Assembly (NCBI RefSeq): GCF_009914755.1
Contig: NC_060925.1
Length of the DNA stretch: 64,000 nt
Source: the human T2T-CHM13v2.0 reference genome, Homo sapiens
Direction: 5' to 3' (one strand)
Below, piece by piece: positions 11,385-26,512 of this stretch. The notes beneath the pieces are model-generated. The model searched no databases and was not told the DNA's origin. It saw nothing but the letters and a program-made list of their open reading frames with translations. Made by a program: the position numbers and the translations under genes. Every line of letters starts with the position of its first letter. Within the stretch, counting starts at the first letter, position 1.

Positions 11385-14340
11385 ATTTTATTTTATTCTA
11401 TAAGTGCATGTTCATTGAAGAAAATTTGAGGACAAAGGATGACAAAAAGAAGGAAATTATCATAATTCTATAACCTAAATAGAGAAAACCATGCTAGCAG
11501 CTTTCTTTCTTCCTCTCTCTCTTTCTCTGCTTCTTTCTTTATCCCTTTGTCCTTTTTTTCCTAGGGAGATACACATATATTATATATGCTTTTCTCCAAA
11601 ATCATATAGCCATATGCTTAGTACCGTGTTCACACACAGACTTACAAATGTACTGTGAACATTTAGTGATTTCTGTCTGTATTCTTTGAGAAATATGGTT
11701 TTAAATGGCTTTACTACATTCATATTATTTTTGTTCCATGATATGTATAATCATCCTCTTTTGCTGGGCATTTGAGTTGTTTTAATCCCCTATCTTCTCA
11801 TCTGTAAAACAGAGATAATAATGGGATGTACCTCACATGGCTGTTTGAGGATAAAATGAGATAATGCATGTGAAAGGCTTGGCAGAGTGCCTGACCATTT
11901 TACATGCTCAATAAATAAATATTAGATTTGCCTCTTATCATCCATTTTGACCCACCTTAAAAATGCTGTAAAGATCACTCTTGTAGTTAATTTTAATGTA
12001 AATTTCTGAATGTTCCCTTAGAATACATTCCTAGGGAGAGAATATCTACACCCAAGATTATAAATATTTTTAAGGGTTTTGATATAGGAGTACCTGTTTC
12101 TTGTACCCTCTACCCAGCACTCAGTAATATATGTACTTTAATCTTTTTCAATTTGATAGACATGTTATTTGAATTTGAATATCTTTGTCTACTAGTGAAG
12201 TGGAATTTTTTTCATATGTTGCTTTGCCACTTGTGTTTCTTTATTTGTAATTCATCAGTTTGTGTGTTTTGTCAAGTTTTTTCCTGCTGAGTGCTTACTT
12301 TTGTCCTAATTGATATTAATTTCTATATAGTCAGGACATTAACCTGTGTGTGTGTGCATGCATGTGTGTTTGATATCATTTTCTGGTCTTGTTTGTTCTC
12401 CTTTAAACTTGATTTATGAACTTCTTGGTAAAGAGAACTTGTTGTCTAATATTTATGTAGTCAAGTCCTACATTTTCTTAAATTGCATTTTTTTTCTTCC
12501 TTTGCTTTTTGGTTTAGAAATCCCCTCTTCACCCAAAGATCAAGCAAATATTTATCCTGGTTTTACCACTGTTTTATCTCAGTTACTTTGTACTTTTATC
12601 TTTTACATTTAACATTTGAACTTCATCTAGGTAGTGGTTATGATGTAGTGATCAATTTTGTTAATTTCCAATAATTAGCAACTTACTTCAGCATGATAAT
12701 CATCTATTCTTTACCCAGTGTCATGAAATACTACCTTACTTACGTAGGTCTATTCTGAGGGTTTCTAGTATGTTGCAGTGATATTTTCATTCTTTCACCT
12801 ATACCATACTCTCTTAATTAATGCACCTTTAAAATATTTTTAATATCAAAAAATAAGTGCCTCCTTTATTCTACTGCTGCAATTTTTATTTGGATTTTTC
12901 CCATATTTATTTTTTCAGAATAACTTAAAATTCATTTTGCCATGGTTTAAAAGATTCTATTTGAATGTTTATTAGAATTTTGTTTTATTTTTGAATTAAT
13001 TAAAAATAAATCAAATCTTTAAAAAGTTGAGACTTCTTATCAAGGAACATGGTATATTTTGACATTAATTCACTTCCTTTCATGTCCTAGAGCAGGGTTT
13101 TAAATTTTCTGTGATATAAACTTGGACGGACTTCAATTCATCATTTAATTGGGAGTCTTTTAATTTTAACAAGAGAGCTTAGCTCATTTATATCTGTTGT
13201 CACAATAAAAAAAGGTGTCTTTGTTATTTTAAGCTTTTGTTTTTATGCTTGCTTACTGTTTTTTTTTTCAATTTTTTTGTGGTTGCTCTATGGAAATACA
13301 TTTTCTGTGTATTTGCCTTTCCTTTTGCCTCAGGAATTTGGAGTTTATATCCTGTTTTTGTCCTAAAAAGTTGTTTTTAATTTAAAAATGACTATTCTCT
13401 CTACTTCATGTCAGAAACCTTTATCAATACTTACGAAAGAGAAGAAATCTAGGAAACTTCTGCTTCCCTCCTATTACTCCCTTTTCTCATTTAAAAGAAA
13501 AAAGAAATATAGATTATTAGAGCTGGGTTAGCATTAACTTATTTTATGGTTTTTAAACAAAATATTGCAAATTATGAAACTCCATTAAAGATCATCATTT
13601 TGCCTTGACTCCATTGCATAGTTTATTCTACGGTTCTTTAAATTATGGCTTCCGCAGTGTTAAATTCTATCTATAATTCATTTCTTAAGCATTAAGCCAT
13701 ATCTTCAAGTGATTCTTTTTATTGCAGCCCCATGGCAAGTGTACTCTGAGCCTTTCATGTATGAGAAAACCTCCCCGCTGCTCTCACAGGAATGATAATC
13801 TGGAACGACAATCAGAATTCTCCATCACACTTTTCCTCTCGTATTGCTGCTTCTTGTCTAGTGTTTGCTTTTGTGGAGAGATCCAAAGCTGGTCTGATTT
13901 TCTTCCTTTGTAATAAACTTCCTTTATTTTCTTTTACGTTTGGCAAATCATTTTCCTTCTCTCTGAAATTCAATCTTTTCCCTGAGATGTTTTTAGTTGT
14001 CAGTCTGTTTTCCTTTCCTGTGGTGTAGTAAGTCCTTTCAACCTGCAGAAACAGCAGACAATGTGTTCCGATTGTTTTTCTAAAAAAGATTAATTAATTC
14101 CCCTTCATTTGCTCCAGCTTCACCTACTCAACTTCCTATATCTGTCTTGAATTTACTGGCCCTGTGATTGATGCCTCTTTTTTTCAAACCTCAATATTTT
14201 CACCTTTCATTTCTTTTCTTTTGAAATGAGGGAGAATTTCCCCCTTCTTGCCTCCCACTTTGCTGTTGGTTTCCTCAAGAATCTAACTTGCTGTTCTTTG
14301 CCTTCATTGTAATCACTAAATTAAGCAGTTGTGTTCCATT
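11385..14340 (-). mobile_element. Highly diverged antisense L1M (L1ME-type) fragments
   Basis: T-rich tract with L1 antisense motifs (TTTTTCAATTTGATAG, ACTAGTGAAGTGGAATTTTTTTCATATGTT, CAAGGAACATGGTATAT); boundaries approximate. Confidence 0.6.
11785..11925 (+). mobile_element. MIR nested in L1M
   Basis: CTCATCTGTAAAACAGAGATAATAAT...TACCTCACATGGCTGTTTGAGGATAAAATGAGATAATGCATGTGAAAGG...GCTCAATAAATA. Confidence 0.85.
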
Positions 14341-14359
14341 TTCATGAACTTTCTCAAAA

Positions 14360-14560
14360 AGAATAACGTGCATTGGGTGCTTCTTGTGTGCCTGACGTTG
14401 TGCCAAGTGCTGTTCACACATTGTTATCTTGTTTAAGCTTTGCAATGCTCCATGAAGAAGGTGCTATTTTAAATCCCCTATTTATGGGAGATTGATGGGC
14501 TCTAGAACTTGTCCAAGACCACAGAGCCAACAAGTGTGGGGCCAGAATTCAGCTCAGCCT
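14360..14560 (-). mobile_element. MIR
   Basis: GTGCCAAGTGCTGTTCACACATTG...AACTTGTCCAAGACCACAGAGCC. Confidence 0.65.
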
Positions 14561-15394
14561 CCTCCCCCTCACCCTGTGTCATCTCCTAGTCTAGTCTGTC
14601 CTAATTTGTCCTCTCTTCATACCTTTCTGGATGAGTTTCTGCTTTAGATTCATAGATGCAATGACATTTGGAATCTCTTTGAGAGGACAATTAAAATTTG
14701 TCTAAAATTATCTCTTGCTTCTTTCAGTAACTTTACTATTTAGGGAGACATGTTATCCAATGTCTCAGATGGTCCTCTTCTTTTGAACTTCAGTTTCGTT
14801 CCTCATGTCTGGTTATTTTCTGTCCCTTCACCCTGCCATGGGAAAGTTCTGGCTGAGACTGACAGGGTGGTCTTTGTTAAAATATGTCAGGTTCAGACAC
14901 AAGGGAGAAGAGAGAAGATTAGGTTCACTGAAAAAGTACTGGATGGTCCATACTCAGACTCAGCAGTTTGGGGTAGGAAGGAGGGAGATAGGGGAGTCAG
15001 ATGCTGTGAGGTCCTTTGCCTAAGAGAGGTGGCCTGGCTGTTTCTGGTGAGGCAGGAGGCAGTGGTTCTTTCTTCCCCTATCCCTGTCAGGAACTGGGGT
15101 CACTACAGCTCCCAGCCCAGTGAGTCCCTGTGCCCTGGGGCACTTCCCTAAGCCCTGGCTGGATCCATCCATGCCCCTGGGCATGCCCACACCATCTTTG
15201 CTTCTGGGATTTCCCTCTGAGATGTTGGGGGGCAGGGGTGATAATAGTGGAGTTCTGCCAGGATCTCTTTCTTTAACTTCATGGGAGCCCCCCAATCCAT
15301 TTTCTATAGACTGGGCGCATGTCAGGCCACCCCAATCTCAGAACCTCTCTGGAATATTCTTCCCCTTGCCCTTCTCAGGACTGACTCCTTCCTG

Positions 15395-15680
15395 ACATGC
15401 AGGTATTAGCTCAAAACTCACCGCACTTGGAGAGCTTTCCAAACCACCCTGGAGTAGCCTGCCTACCCATGTGCGTTTCCCATCACAACTCACAGCACTG
15501 CTCATTCTGAACTATCTTGTTTATGTACTTGTGTACTAGTTTTCTGCCTGTCTCTCCAAACTAGAATAAAATCTTCATGAGAACAGGGATCTTGTCCTTC
15601 CTATTCTCTTCTGCGGATCCCTAGTACTGAGAGCAGTGCTTGGCACATAGGCAGTGTTCAGTAAAGAGTGGCTGGATGAG
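15395..15680 (+). mobile_element. L2 3' end
   Basis: CTAGAATAAAATCTTCATGAGAACAGGGATCTTGTC...AGCAGTGCTTGGCACATAGGCAGTGTTCAGTAAA. Confidence 0.75.
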
Positions 15681-16419
15681 CAAATAGATGTACCCCATTC
15701 TCTTGCAAACAGTCTGCCCTCATTCCCTCTGAACTCGTCTGCCTCCATCTTTCAAAAATCCCCTAACATTCTTATCAGCTTTGCCCATGTTACAGCACCA
15801 GTGTACACCCTCCCCTGCTCTTATATTCCACCAGTAGTTTTAACCTGACCAGGGTGGAGGGCTGGAGGTGAGGCAGGTGGAATCTGTGATGAGAGCTCTG
15901 GCTTTCCTGGAAGTTCAAGTTGAATTTAAATCAAACCCTTCCTCTCTATGCCTGGCCTCATAGGTCATGTTCAAGAAGTCAGTGAGATCATTGGGGAGAT
16001 GGATGAAGCACAGTTCTGCCTGGAGTGACATCTGATGGGCCAGGTGACTTCTAGGAAGGCCCTCCACACTCAGGCTCCCTGTTACTACTCTCCAGTCGGG
16101 AGGGTCCCAGCGGCTTTGAGGAAACCATCACCACAGCGTGACATCTCATCAGATGTACCCAGTATGTGGGTCACCCACGAGAAGTTGATGATCCCCTCTG
16201 CTCTGCACCCTTCCCAAGTTAGAACCTGCCCTCCATTCCCTGAAGTCACCTGAGTTAGGGTCCTTTGAGCAAGTATCCCAGGGAGGCTCAAGCTTAGATG
16301 CAGGGTTTCTGCTCCACCTGGCACGTACAGAGTGGAGCTGGGCACACATCTGTGTAGCCCAAATAACAAATTCACAGATTAACAAACTCTGAGCTGAAGG
16401 GACCTTGCCCATCTTGCCC

Positions 16420-16555
16420 AGGCTCCTCACTTTATAGATGAGGCAGCTCCAGCCAAGAGAGGTAAAGAGACTTCCCCTAAGGTCATATGATGAGCAAATG
16501 GCAGAACCTCCACTACATCTTTAGAGTCCAGATTCCAGTCTAGGACATTCTCGCT
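16420..16555 (-). mobile_element. MIR fragment
   Basis: CACTTTATAGATGAGGCAGCT...AGAGAGGTAAAGAGACTTCCCCTAAGGTCATA. Confidence 0.6.
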
Positions 16556-17774
16556 CAATTGCGCCTCAGTTTTCCCAAGGATGTAGGATTCTAAGCTAGG
16601 TAGAATGGAAAGCAGTAATTGTTATCTCCACCCCTCCAGCCTTGCTACCCAGAAAATTCATTCCCCAGGAAGCAAGTGGGTCATATTAACCCTATGTTGC
16701 TCTGTTCCAAGAAGACAGAATCCCTTGCAAGGAGGGGGAGAAGCCTGCCCTGACACTACGGGATGCTGTGGGGGAAGGGACGTTGGTTATCACTTAAAGC
16801 CTGCTGTTCCGGAGTGGCCTCTCCTGTGAGGGGCCGACTCACCAATGCGGGGAGGTTTGGACTCGGTCTGGGCAAAGCATGATTAGTTCAGTGTTCTGAC
16901 TCATGCAATGATGTCAGGACCATTGCAGGGCACATAATCAGGCACTCCAGAGAAGAAAAATGGCCACGATTACCAGTTGGAGAGGAATATTTCAAACACC
17001 TTAAGTCAATAAGGCTTAAAACTGGGGGCTGTTTCTCCTCCTTTCTCAAGGCAGAAACTGTCATGGAAAACCCCAGTGCTATAAAGTGCACCCTCTTACA
17101 GGAGCAAGTCCAACAGGATCTCAGGAGATGAACCCTGGGAGGAGCCCCCGGTTAGGAAGCTTTGCATTTTAAGCGGGGCCTGACTTCACAGCCCACGGCT
17201 GGCAAGGCCCATCTGAGGAGAGCAAGCTACCCATTAGTCTCTATCACAACATTTCATTTGAGGGTGTGCCAAGGAAAACCACCTGATTGGCAAATAGTAA
17301 ACTCACTTAATAGCCTCTCTCCCTGCCAGACATAGATTAAAAGTGAGATTTTTTTTGCCTAAATCACATTTTATTTTCTCACCAGCTGCTAACTCTCTGA
17401 GACAGATTGGGAGATAAATTATCACAGCAGTGAATGAATCTAATTTTTCAATATAATTCACGGTAATTCTATATTTTCCACACAAGATGGAAATAGCACT
17501 GGCTCTTTGCCAAGAGTCAAACTTTCAAAAAAACACAATATCCTGGACTCCCAGAAGTCTATGAGTTTGGAAGGTACAGAATGAGCAGCTGACGGAGAGA
17601 AATCTTGTTGGCTTGAGCAAGGGACAGGGGACAGGGATGAGGAAAGGGGTTAGAGGGAGGAGGAGGGAAGATGGCAGAAGGAGCAGGGCCGGGAGACAGA
17701 ATGTACTCAGACGCCACCACCCCTTCCTTGGCTCACAGCAATTCAGCTCCATGGGCTTCTCTGCGCCTCCAACA

Positions 17775-18090
17775 TTCCTGGTTTGTCTCTTCTTTCTGGA
17801 ATGTTCTTCCCCTGGCTCTTCACATAGTTCATTCCTGTTCTTCATTCAAATTATGACTCAGATGTTCCCTCCTGAGAGGTCAACCTTGACCACTCAGTAG
17901 GAAATAGCTCCCTCGCAGTCAGGTCCTCTTCTGTGACCCCATTTTGGTCCACTGTCTGAGATGCTGAGTTTATTTTTCTTTGCTTGGGTATGGGCCCCTC
18001 CATAGAATGTCAGCCTCACATGAGGAGGGGGCCTTCTTGGTCTTGTTCAGTGTCTGGCACAAAGCGGGTACTCCATAAATATTTGTGGAC
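17775..18090 (+). mobile_element. L2 3' end
   Basis: CTGGAATGTTCTTCCCC...TAGAATGTCAGCCTC...GTGTCTGGCACAAAGCGGGTACTCCATAAATATTTGTGG. Confidence 0.7.
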
Positions 18091-19213
18091 TCTGTGAAAT
18101 ATGAACAGGAAAGGAAAGGAAAGGAGTCCAATTTATTGCAAACACCTCTTCAGGTGCTTAGTCCCAATAGAATGTTGAGGGTGTCAGGTAGCAATTTGTT
18201 ATTGTTAGCAGGTTATTGATAGGAATTTGGGCAGGGGAATGGATAGAGCAGCCCGTGATAAGGCAACCTGGCTTGGCCGTGAGCGTGACTGCGCCTTGTG
18301 TCAGTGAATAATCTCTCAAGGCTCATTTTTCTTCCCCAGGGCCTTCCCCTGTCAATATTTCAGGAGAAATTAAAAACGGTAACTATGAGGAAGGTTGTTT
18401 TCTAAAGAGTGTTTCCCAGTTGGAATCAGATCAAACACAGCTGGGGCTGCTTGCCTGGTGCTGCCTGACCTGCCTTCCAGTTGCCCCCAGTGACCCCAGG
18501 AATGGGCCTGCACAGAGTGCTGGGGCCTTGCAGCCGGGGCCCCAGCAAGCCATCCAAATGAGCTTAAATAATTGAAAGAAGTGGCATCTGCCATACGGGA
18601 AGAATGTGGCCGCGCTGTTTGCTTTAAAGAGGCTGAGACCAGATCTGGCTTGGATCTGCAGGGAATATAAATGATGCAATTAATTCCCTATAATTTACAA
18701 GTCGTCATTTGCACGGAGCTCTGCGAGAAAGGATTTGGAAACAGTATATTGAATGCTGTGGGCTCATGTGAAAGAATCATCATTCTCTCCACCTATGGAA
18801 AACCAACTCAGTGTGGAGGGCTCAGCCTGAGTGCTGCCTTGCAAAGCTTTCCTTGAATGACCCGCCTGCACCCCAGTTTATTTTGTCTCTTCAGGTTACT
18901 TTACCTGCATTTAGTCCTCACTTAATTTCTGCTTTGAATTTTGGTTGTTTCCACCTCTTTCAAATATTGAGAACTCACTGAGGGGTGAAACCATGTGTAA
19001 AACCTCTGGATATCCTCCTCCTTCCCCTCCAGCACCACTATTGTTTCTTGCCCATTGTGTATAATCAATAAATATGTACCATATGGCATTGCATTGATGA
19101 CAAGGCCGGCTAGCCATTCTCTGCCAATGCCAGCCAAGGACCATACATATAAGAAAAAGAGTCCTAGATGGATTTAGTGAGCCTGATTAGGTGGAGAGAA
19201 AGAGGGAAGGTTT

Positions 19214-19622
<409 letters not shown>

Positions 19623-19719
19623 TGAGGCTCCCCCACTTCCCTTCTCTCAGTCCATCTGTTTCAGATGAGGCTGACTCTACCCCCAGTCCTAAGGGCAGAA
19701 TACATGACTAGAGGAGTCA

Positions 19720-20400
19720 ATCGATGTAGTCAAGGAAATGTTCAACCGCACTTATAACCAAAGAATAAAAAATTAAAACAATGAGATAACATTATTTCGC
19801 TATCAGCCTAGCAAAGATTAAACACAAAGATAATACTCTGTGGTGAGTAGATAGTTATTAATATGGGTGCTGTGGGGTATTCATAAACTGCTGGTAGGAA
19901 GATAATTTGAAGAATGATTGATAAACACATATTAAAATCCTTAAGAACATGCAAACCTTTCATATGCATCTAGGAAACTGTTCTTAACAAATTGCATTGA
20001 TGACAAGGCCGGCTATAAAAAGTCTTATTTATTTAAGTGAGACTGTGTATATCTAGCTAATAGAATAAACATTGCAGTAAGTGTTCATAAAACAATGAAA
20101 AATTGAAAATAGCTTCAATGTCCAGTAGAAGAGAATGGGTTAAGTAAATTTTGGTGTAGCCCATAATCAGATATTATGTATTTATTAAAATTGCTTTAGA
20201 ATAAAATTTATCTAAATAGAAAAATGTTTATAATAAGTGATAAGGCAGGCTAGCAAATAAAATATTTTATATATATTAAAATTGAGAAATATGTACAACT
20301 GGTAATAAGAGTTTTCATTCTGAATGAAGAGATTGTAGTATGTTGAAATTTTCTTCTTTTGTATTTTGCTCAATTGACTCATCTTTCTAAATTGTCATAT
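19720..20400 (+). mobile_element. L1ME-type 3' fragment
   Basis: AAATTAAAACAATGAGATAAC, CATAAACTGCTGGTAGGAAG, CAATGTCCAGTAGAAGAGAATGGGTTAAGTAAAT. Confidence 0.7.
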
Positions 20401-21430
20401 ATTTAATGCTACTCCCCACCCCTCATGGCTACCAGCTTGGTTTTAGCTGCCACATACCCAGGAACACCAACCAGAATAAATACCAAAAAAAAATACACCT
20501 AGGCATATTATATTTAAACTCAGAAAACCAAAGACATAGAGAAAATCTTGAAAGAAGCTGGGGGAAGAGAGTGTGAGGGGAGGAACATCTTTCCTATAGA
20601 GGAAAAAGGATAAGAAACACATAGGACTTCTTTTCAAAAGCCATGCAAGTAAGAAGTGCATGGAGTGAAATATTTAAAGCGTTAAAAAAATAAGAAGAAA
20701 TCCACCGACCTAGAATTCTGTATCCAGCAAAAATATCCTTCAAAAGTGAAGGGGAAATAGACTTTCTCAGACAAACATAAACTGAAATAATTTGTTGCCA
20801 ATAAACTTGCATTGCAAGAAATGTTAGAAGTTCTTCAGAAAGGAGGAAAATTATATAGGTTGGAAACTCATAGCTACATAAAGAAAAGAGTGTTGCAGAA
20901 GGAAAAAACGAAGGCAACATAAAATCTGTTATTTTCCCTATTCTTAACTGATCTAATAACTCTTTGCTCAAAACAATGATAGCAACAATGTGTTGGGTGA
21001 TTATTATAGCTTGTGAATTAGTAAAAGAATTACAACAATGTTATAAGGGACAGGAAGGAGGAATCAGGAATAATCTTTTATAAGGTACCTGTACTACCCA
21101 TAAAGTGGTATAGTGTTATTTGAAAGTGGACTTAGACATACTGCAACTCTAGGACAATCACTAGATAAATTTTAAAAAGAAGCATTATTGATATGGTAAA
21201 AGAGGAGAGAAAATGGAATCATATAAAATCCCCAATTACAACCAGAATATTGAGCTGGTCATAAAAAAAGAGAGACAGATTTTTTTTAAAGAAACAAAGA
21301 ACAAGTACAATGAATAGAAAATAGAAACAAATATGGTTGTTATTGATTAAACTGTCCCAATAATCTTGTTGTCTTTTTAAAAACTTACTTTAAATATAAA
21401 GACACAGATAGATTAAAAGTAAAGGGATAG

Positions 21431-23410
<1,980 letters not shown>

Positions 23411-24030
23411 TAAAAATAGAAACTATACTAACACAAATCAAAAGAAAGCTGGGGTAGCTATATTAATTTCAGACAAAGCTGACTTCAGAAGGAAAATTGT
23501 CAAAGGCATTACTTAATGAGAAGAGCTCTATCCTCCAGGAAGACATAACAATCCTTAATGTGTATGTGCCTAACAAGAGAGTGTCAAAATACAGAGACAA
23601 AAACTAGTAGAAATGCAAGGAGAAATAAACAATGCCATTATTATAGTTGGAGACTTCAGCACACCTTTATCAATAATTGACAGATCTTGCAGGCAGAAAA
23701 TCAGTAAAAATAGTTTAACTAAACAGAACCATCAGTAAACTGATTTAATTGATGTTTACAGAATACTTCATCAAACAACAGCAGAATATGCATTATTCTT
23801 AAGCTCATATGGAACAGTCACCATGACAGACAACATGCTGGACTATTACACATACCTCAACAAATTTAAAGGACTAAAATTGACACAAAATATGCCCGAG
23901 GACACAGTGAAATTAAACTAGAAATCAATACCAAGAAGACAGCTGGAAAACCCCAATGTATTTGAGATTGAACAACATAATTCTAAATAACACATGGCTC
24001 AAAGAGGAAAACTTAAAGATATTGTGAAGT

Positions 24031-24324
24031 GTGCTGTGCACAGTGGCTCATGCCTGTAATCCCAGCACACTGGGGGGCTGAGACAGGAGGATCACTTGAG
24101 CCCAGGGGTTTGAGACCAACCCAGGCCATATAATAAGACCCTGTCTCTACAAAGAAATAAAAATTAGCTGGGCATGGCAGTGTGTGCCTGTAGTCCCAGC
24201 TACTTGGCCATTCCGAGATGGGAGGATTGCTTGAGCCTGGGAGGCTGCAGTGAGCCATGATTACACCACCGCACTCCAGTCTGGATGACAGAGTGAAACT
24301 CTGTCTAAAAAAAAAAAAAAAAAA
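24031..24324 (+). mobile_element. AluJ in L1 ORF2
   Basis: GGAGGATCACTTGAGCCCAGG, GGAGGATTGCTTGAGCCTGGGAGG; TSD core AAAGATATTG on both sides. Confidence 0.9.
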
Positions 24325-25939
24325 AAAGATATTGCAAACTAAATTAAACTGAAAATATAGCTTATCAAAATTTGTGACTTATAGTGAAAACCATGCTTAA
24401 AGGAAAATGTATTACATCACATGCATATATTAGAAAAGAAGAAATATCTAAAATCAGTAATCTAAGCTTCCAGCTTCCACCTTAGGAAATTAGAGAAAGA
24501 AAAGCAATATAAAGCTAAAGCAAGCAGAAGACAAATAATAAAAATTAAAGCAGATACCAGTGAAATTGAAAACAGAATGCACTCTATTTTGTGGAAAGAG
24601 AAAACAAGACCAAAAGCTGGTTTATTGAAAATTAATAAACCTCTACCCAAGCTTACTAAGGATAAAAAAGAGAAAAGAGACAAATTACTGGTATTAGAAA
24701 TGAAAGAGGGGCCATCAGTACTGATGCAATGGACATTAAAATGGTAATAAAGGAATACTAGAAACAACTCTATGCTCACAAATTTGATAACTTAGATAAA
24801 ATGGAACAATTCTTTGAAAGACTCAATTTACTAAAACTCACACAAGAATAAATAAATACTCTTGATAGTCTTAACAGATGTATTGAATAAATTTAACCAA
24901 TAATTAATAACTTTCAGAAAAGAAAACACCAGGCCCAGATGGTTTCACTGGTGAATTTTACCAAATATTTAAGGAAGAACTGCCACCAATCCCTACAACC
25001 TCTTCCAGAAAATACAAGCAGAGGGTATACTTCCTGACTTGTTTTATGAGGATAATATTATCCTAATACCAAAACCAGATGGAGACATTACAAGAAAGAA
25101 AAAACATAGATCAATGTCTCTCATGAACATAGATGCAAAAATCCTTAACCAAATATTAGCAAATCAAATCCAACAATGTGTCAAAAGAACTGCATATCAG
25201 AACCAAATGGGATTTATCTCAGATGTGCAAGACTTCTTCAAAACATAATAAATGTAAATCATCACATCAATGGGTTAAAGAAGAAAAATCATATGATCAA
25301 ATAAATAAATGCCAAAAAATATTTGACAAAATCCAACGCTCATTCATGATAAAAACTCAGCAACCCAGGAATAAGAAGAAACTTCAGTTTGATAAAGAAC
25401 ATCGGCAAAAAACCTAGAGTTAACGACGTACTTAACGGTGAGAAACTAAATGCTTTGCCTTTAAGATAAAAAATAAGAATTTCCTCTCTTACCACCCTGA
25501 TTCAACACCATACTGAAAGTCCTAGCTAATGAAATAAGACAATAAAATGAAAAACATGCTTACAGATTGGGAAGGAAGAAAGAAAACTGCCTTTGTTCAC
25601 AGACAGCATGATTGTCTATGTAGACAATCCCAAAGAATCAACAACAACAACAAAAACTCTTGGAACTAATAAGCAATTATAGCAAGGTTTCGTAAAAGGT
25701 TCATATACAATGTCAAATTACTTTAATATATACTAGCAAAAAGCAATTGGAATTTGAAATGTAAAATAATATTATTTACAGCAGCCCCTCCACACATTAA
25801 ATACTTAATAAATCTAACAAAATAGGTACAAGATCTATATGAACAAAACTATAAAATTCTGATACTGTTGAATTCTATTTGCTAATATTTTATTAAAGAC
25901 TTTTGTGTCTATATTCATGAGGGATATTGGTCTGTGGTT

Positions 25940-26200
25940 TTCTTTTTTTAATTTTTTTTTCTAGAGACAGGGTCTCCCTATGTTGCCCCAGCTGGAGTGC
26001 CATGGTGCAATCTTGACCTTACTGCAGCCTCAAACCCCTGGACTCAATCCTCCCACTTTAGCCTCCCTAAAAAATCTGGCTATTTATTATTATTATTATT
26101 TATAGAGACAGACTCTTACTGTGTTGTCCAGGATGGTCTCAAACTCCCATGCTGGTCTCTCAAAGTGCTGGGATTGCAGGAATGAGCCTCCACCCCCAAC
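25940..26200 (-). mobile_element. Degenerate AluJ
   Basis: AGAGACAGGGTCTCCCTATGTTGCCC...CAAAGTGCTGGGATTGCAGG, with internal deletions. Confidence 0.8.
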
Positions 26201-26309
26201 ACAGTTTTCTTTTTTTATGTTTTTCTCTAGTTTTGGTATCAAGGTAACACCAGCTTCATGAAATGAATTGAAAAGTGTTATCTCTTGTTTTCTGCAAGAA
26301 ATTGTGTAG

Positions 26310-26512
26310 AATTTATTGAATTATTAAAGAATTATTAAAATAATGAAAGAATTATAATTATAATATAAATATTAACATAATTATAATATAATATATTATA
26401 GTATAATTAACATAATAATTATAATATAATAATTATAATATAATATAATTGTTATAATATAAATAATTAAAGAATTATAATTATAATGTAAACATAATTA
26501 AAGAATTATTCT
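26310..26512. repeat. AT-rich low-complexity expansion (ATAATT/AAGAATTATAATTATAAT units)
   Basis: About 200 bp almost entirely A/T. Confidence 0.9.
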
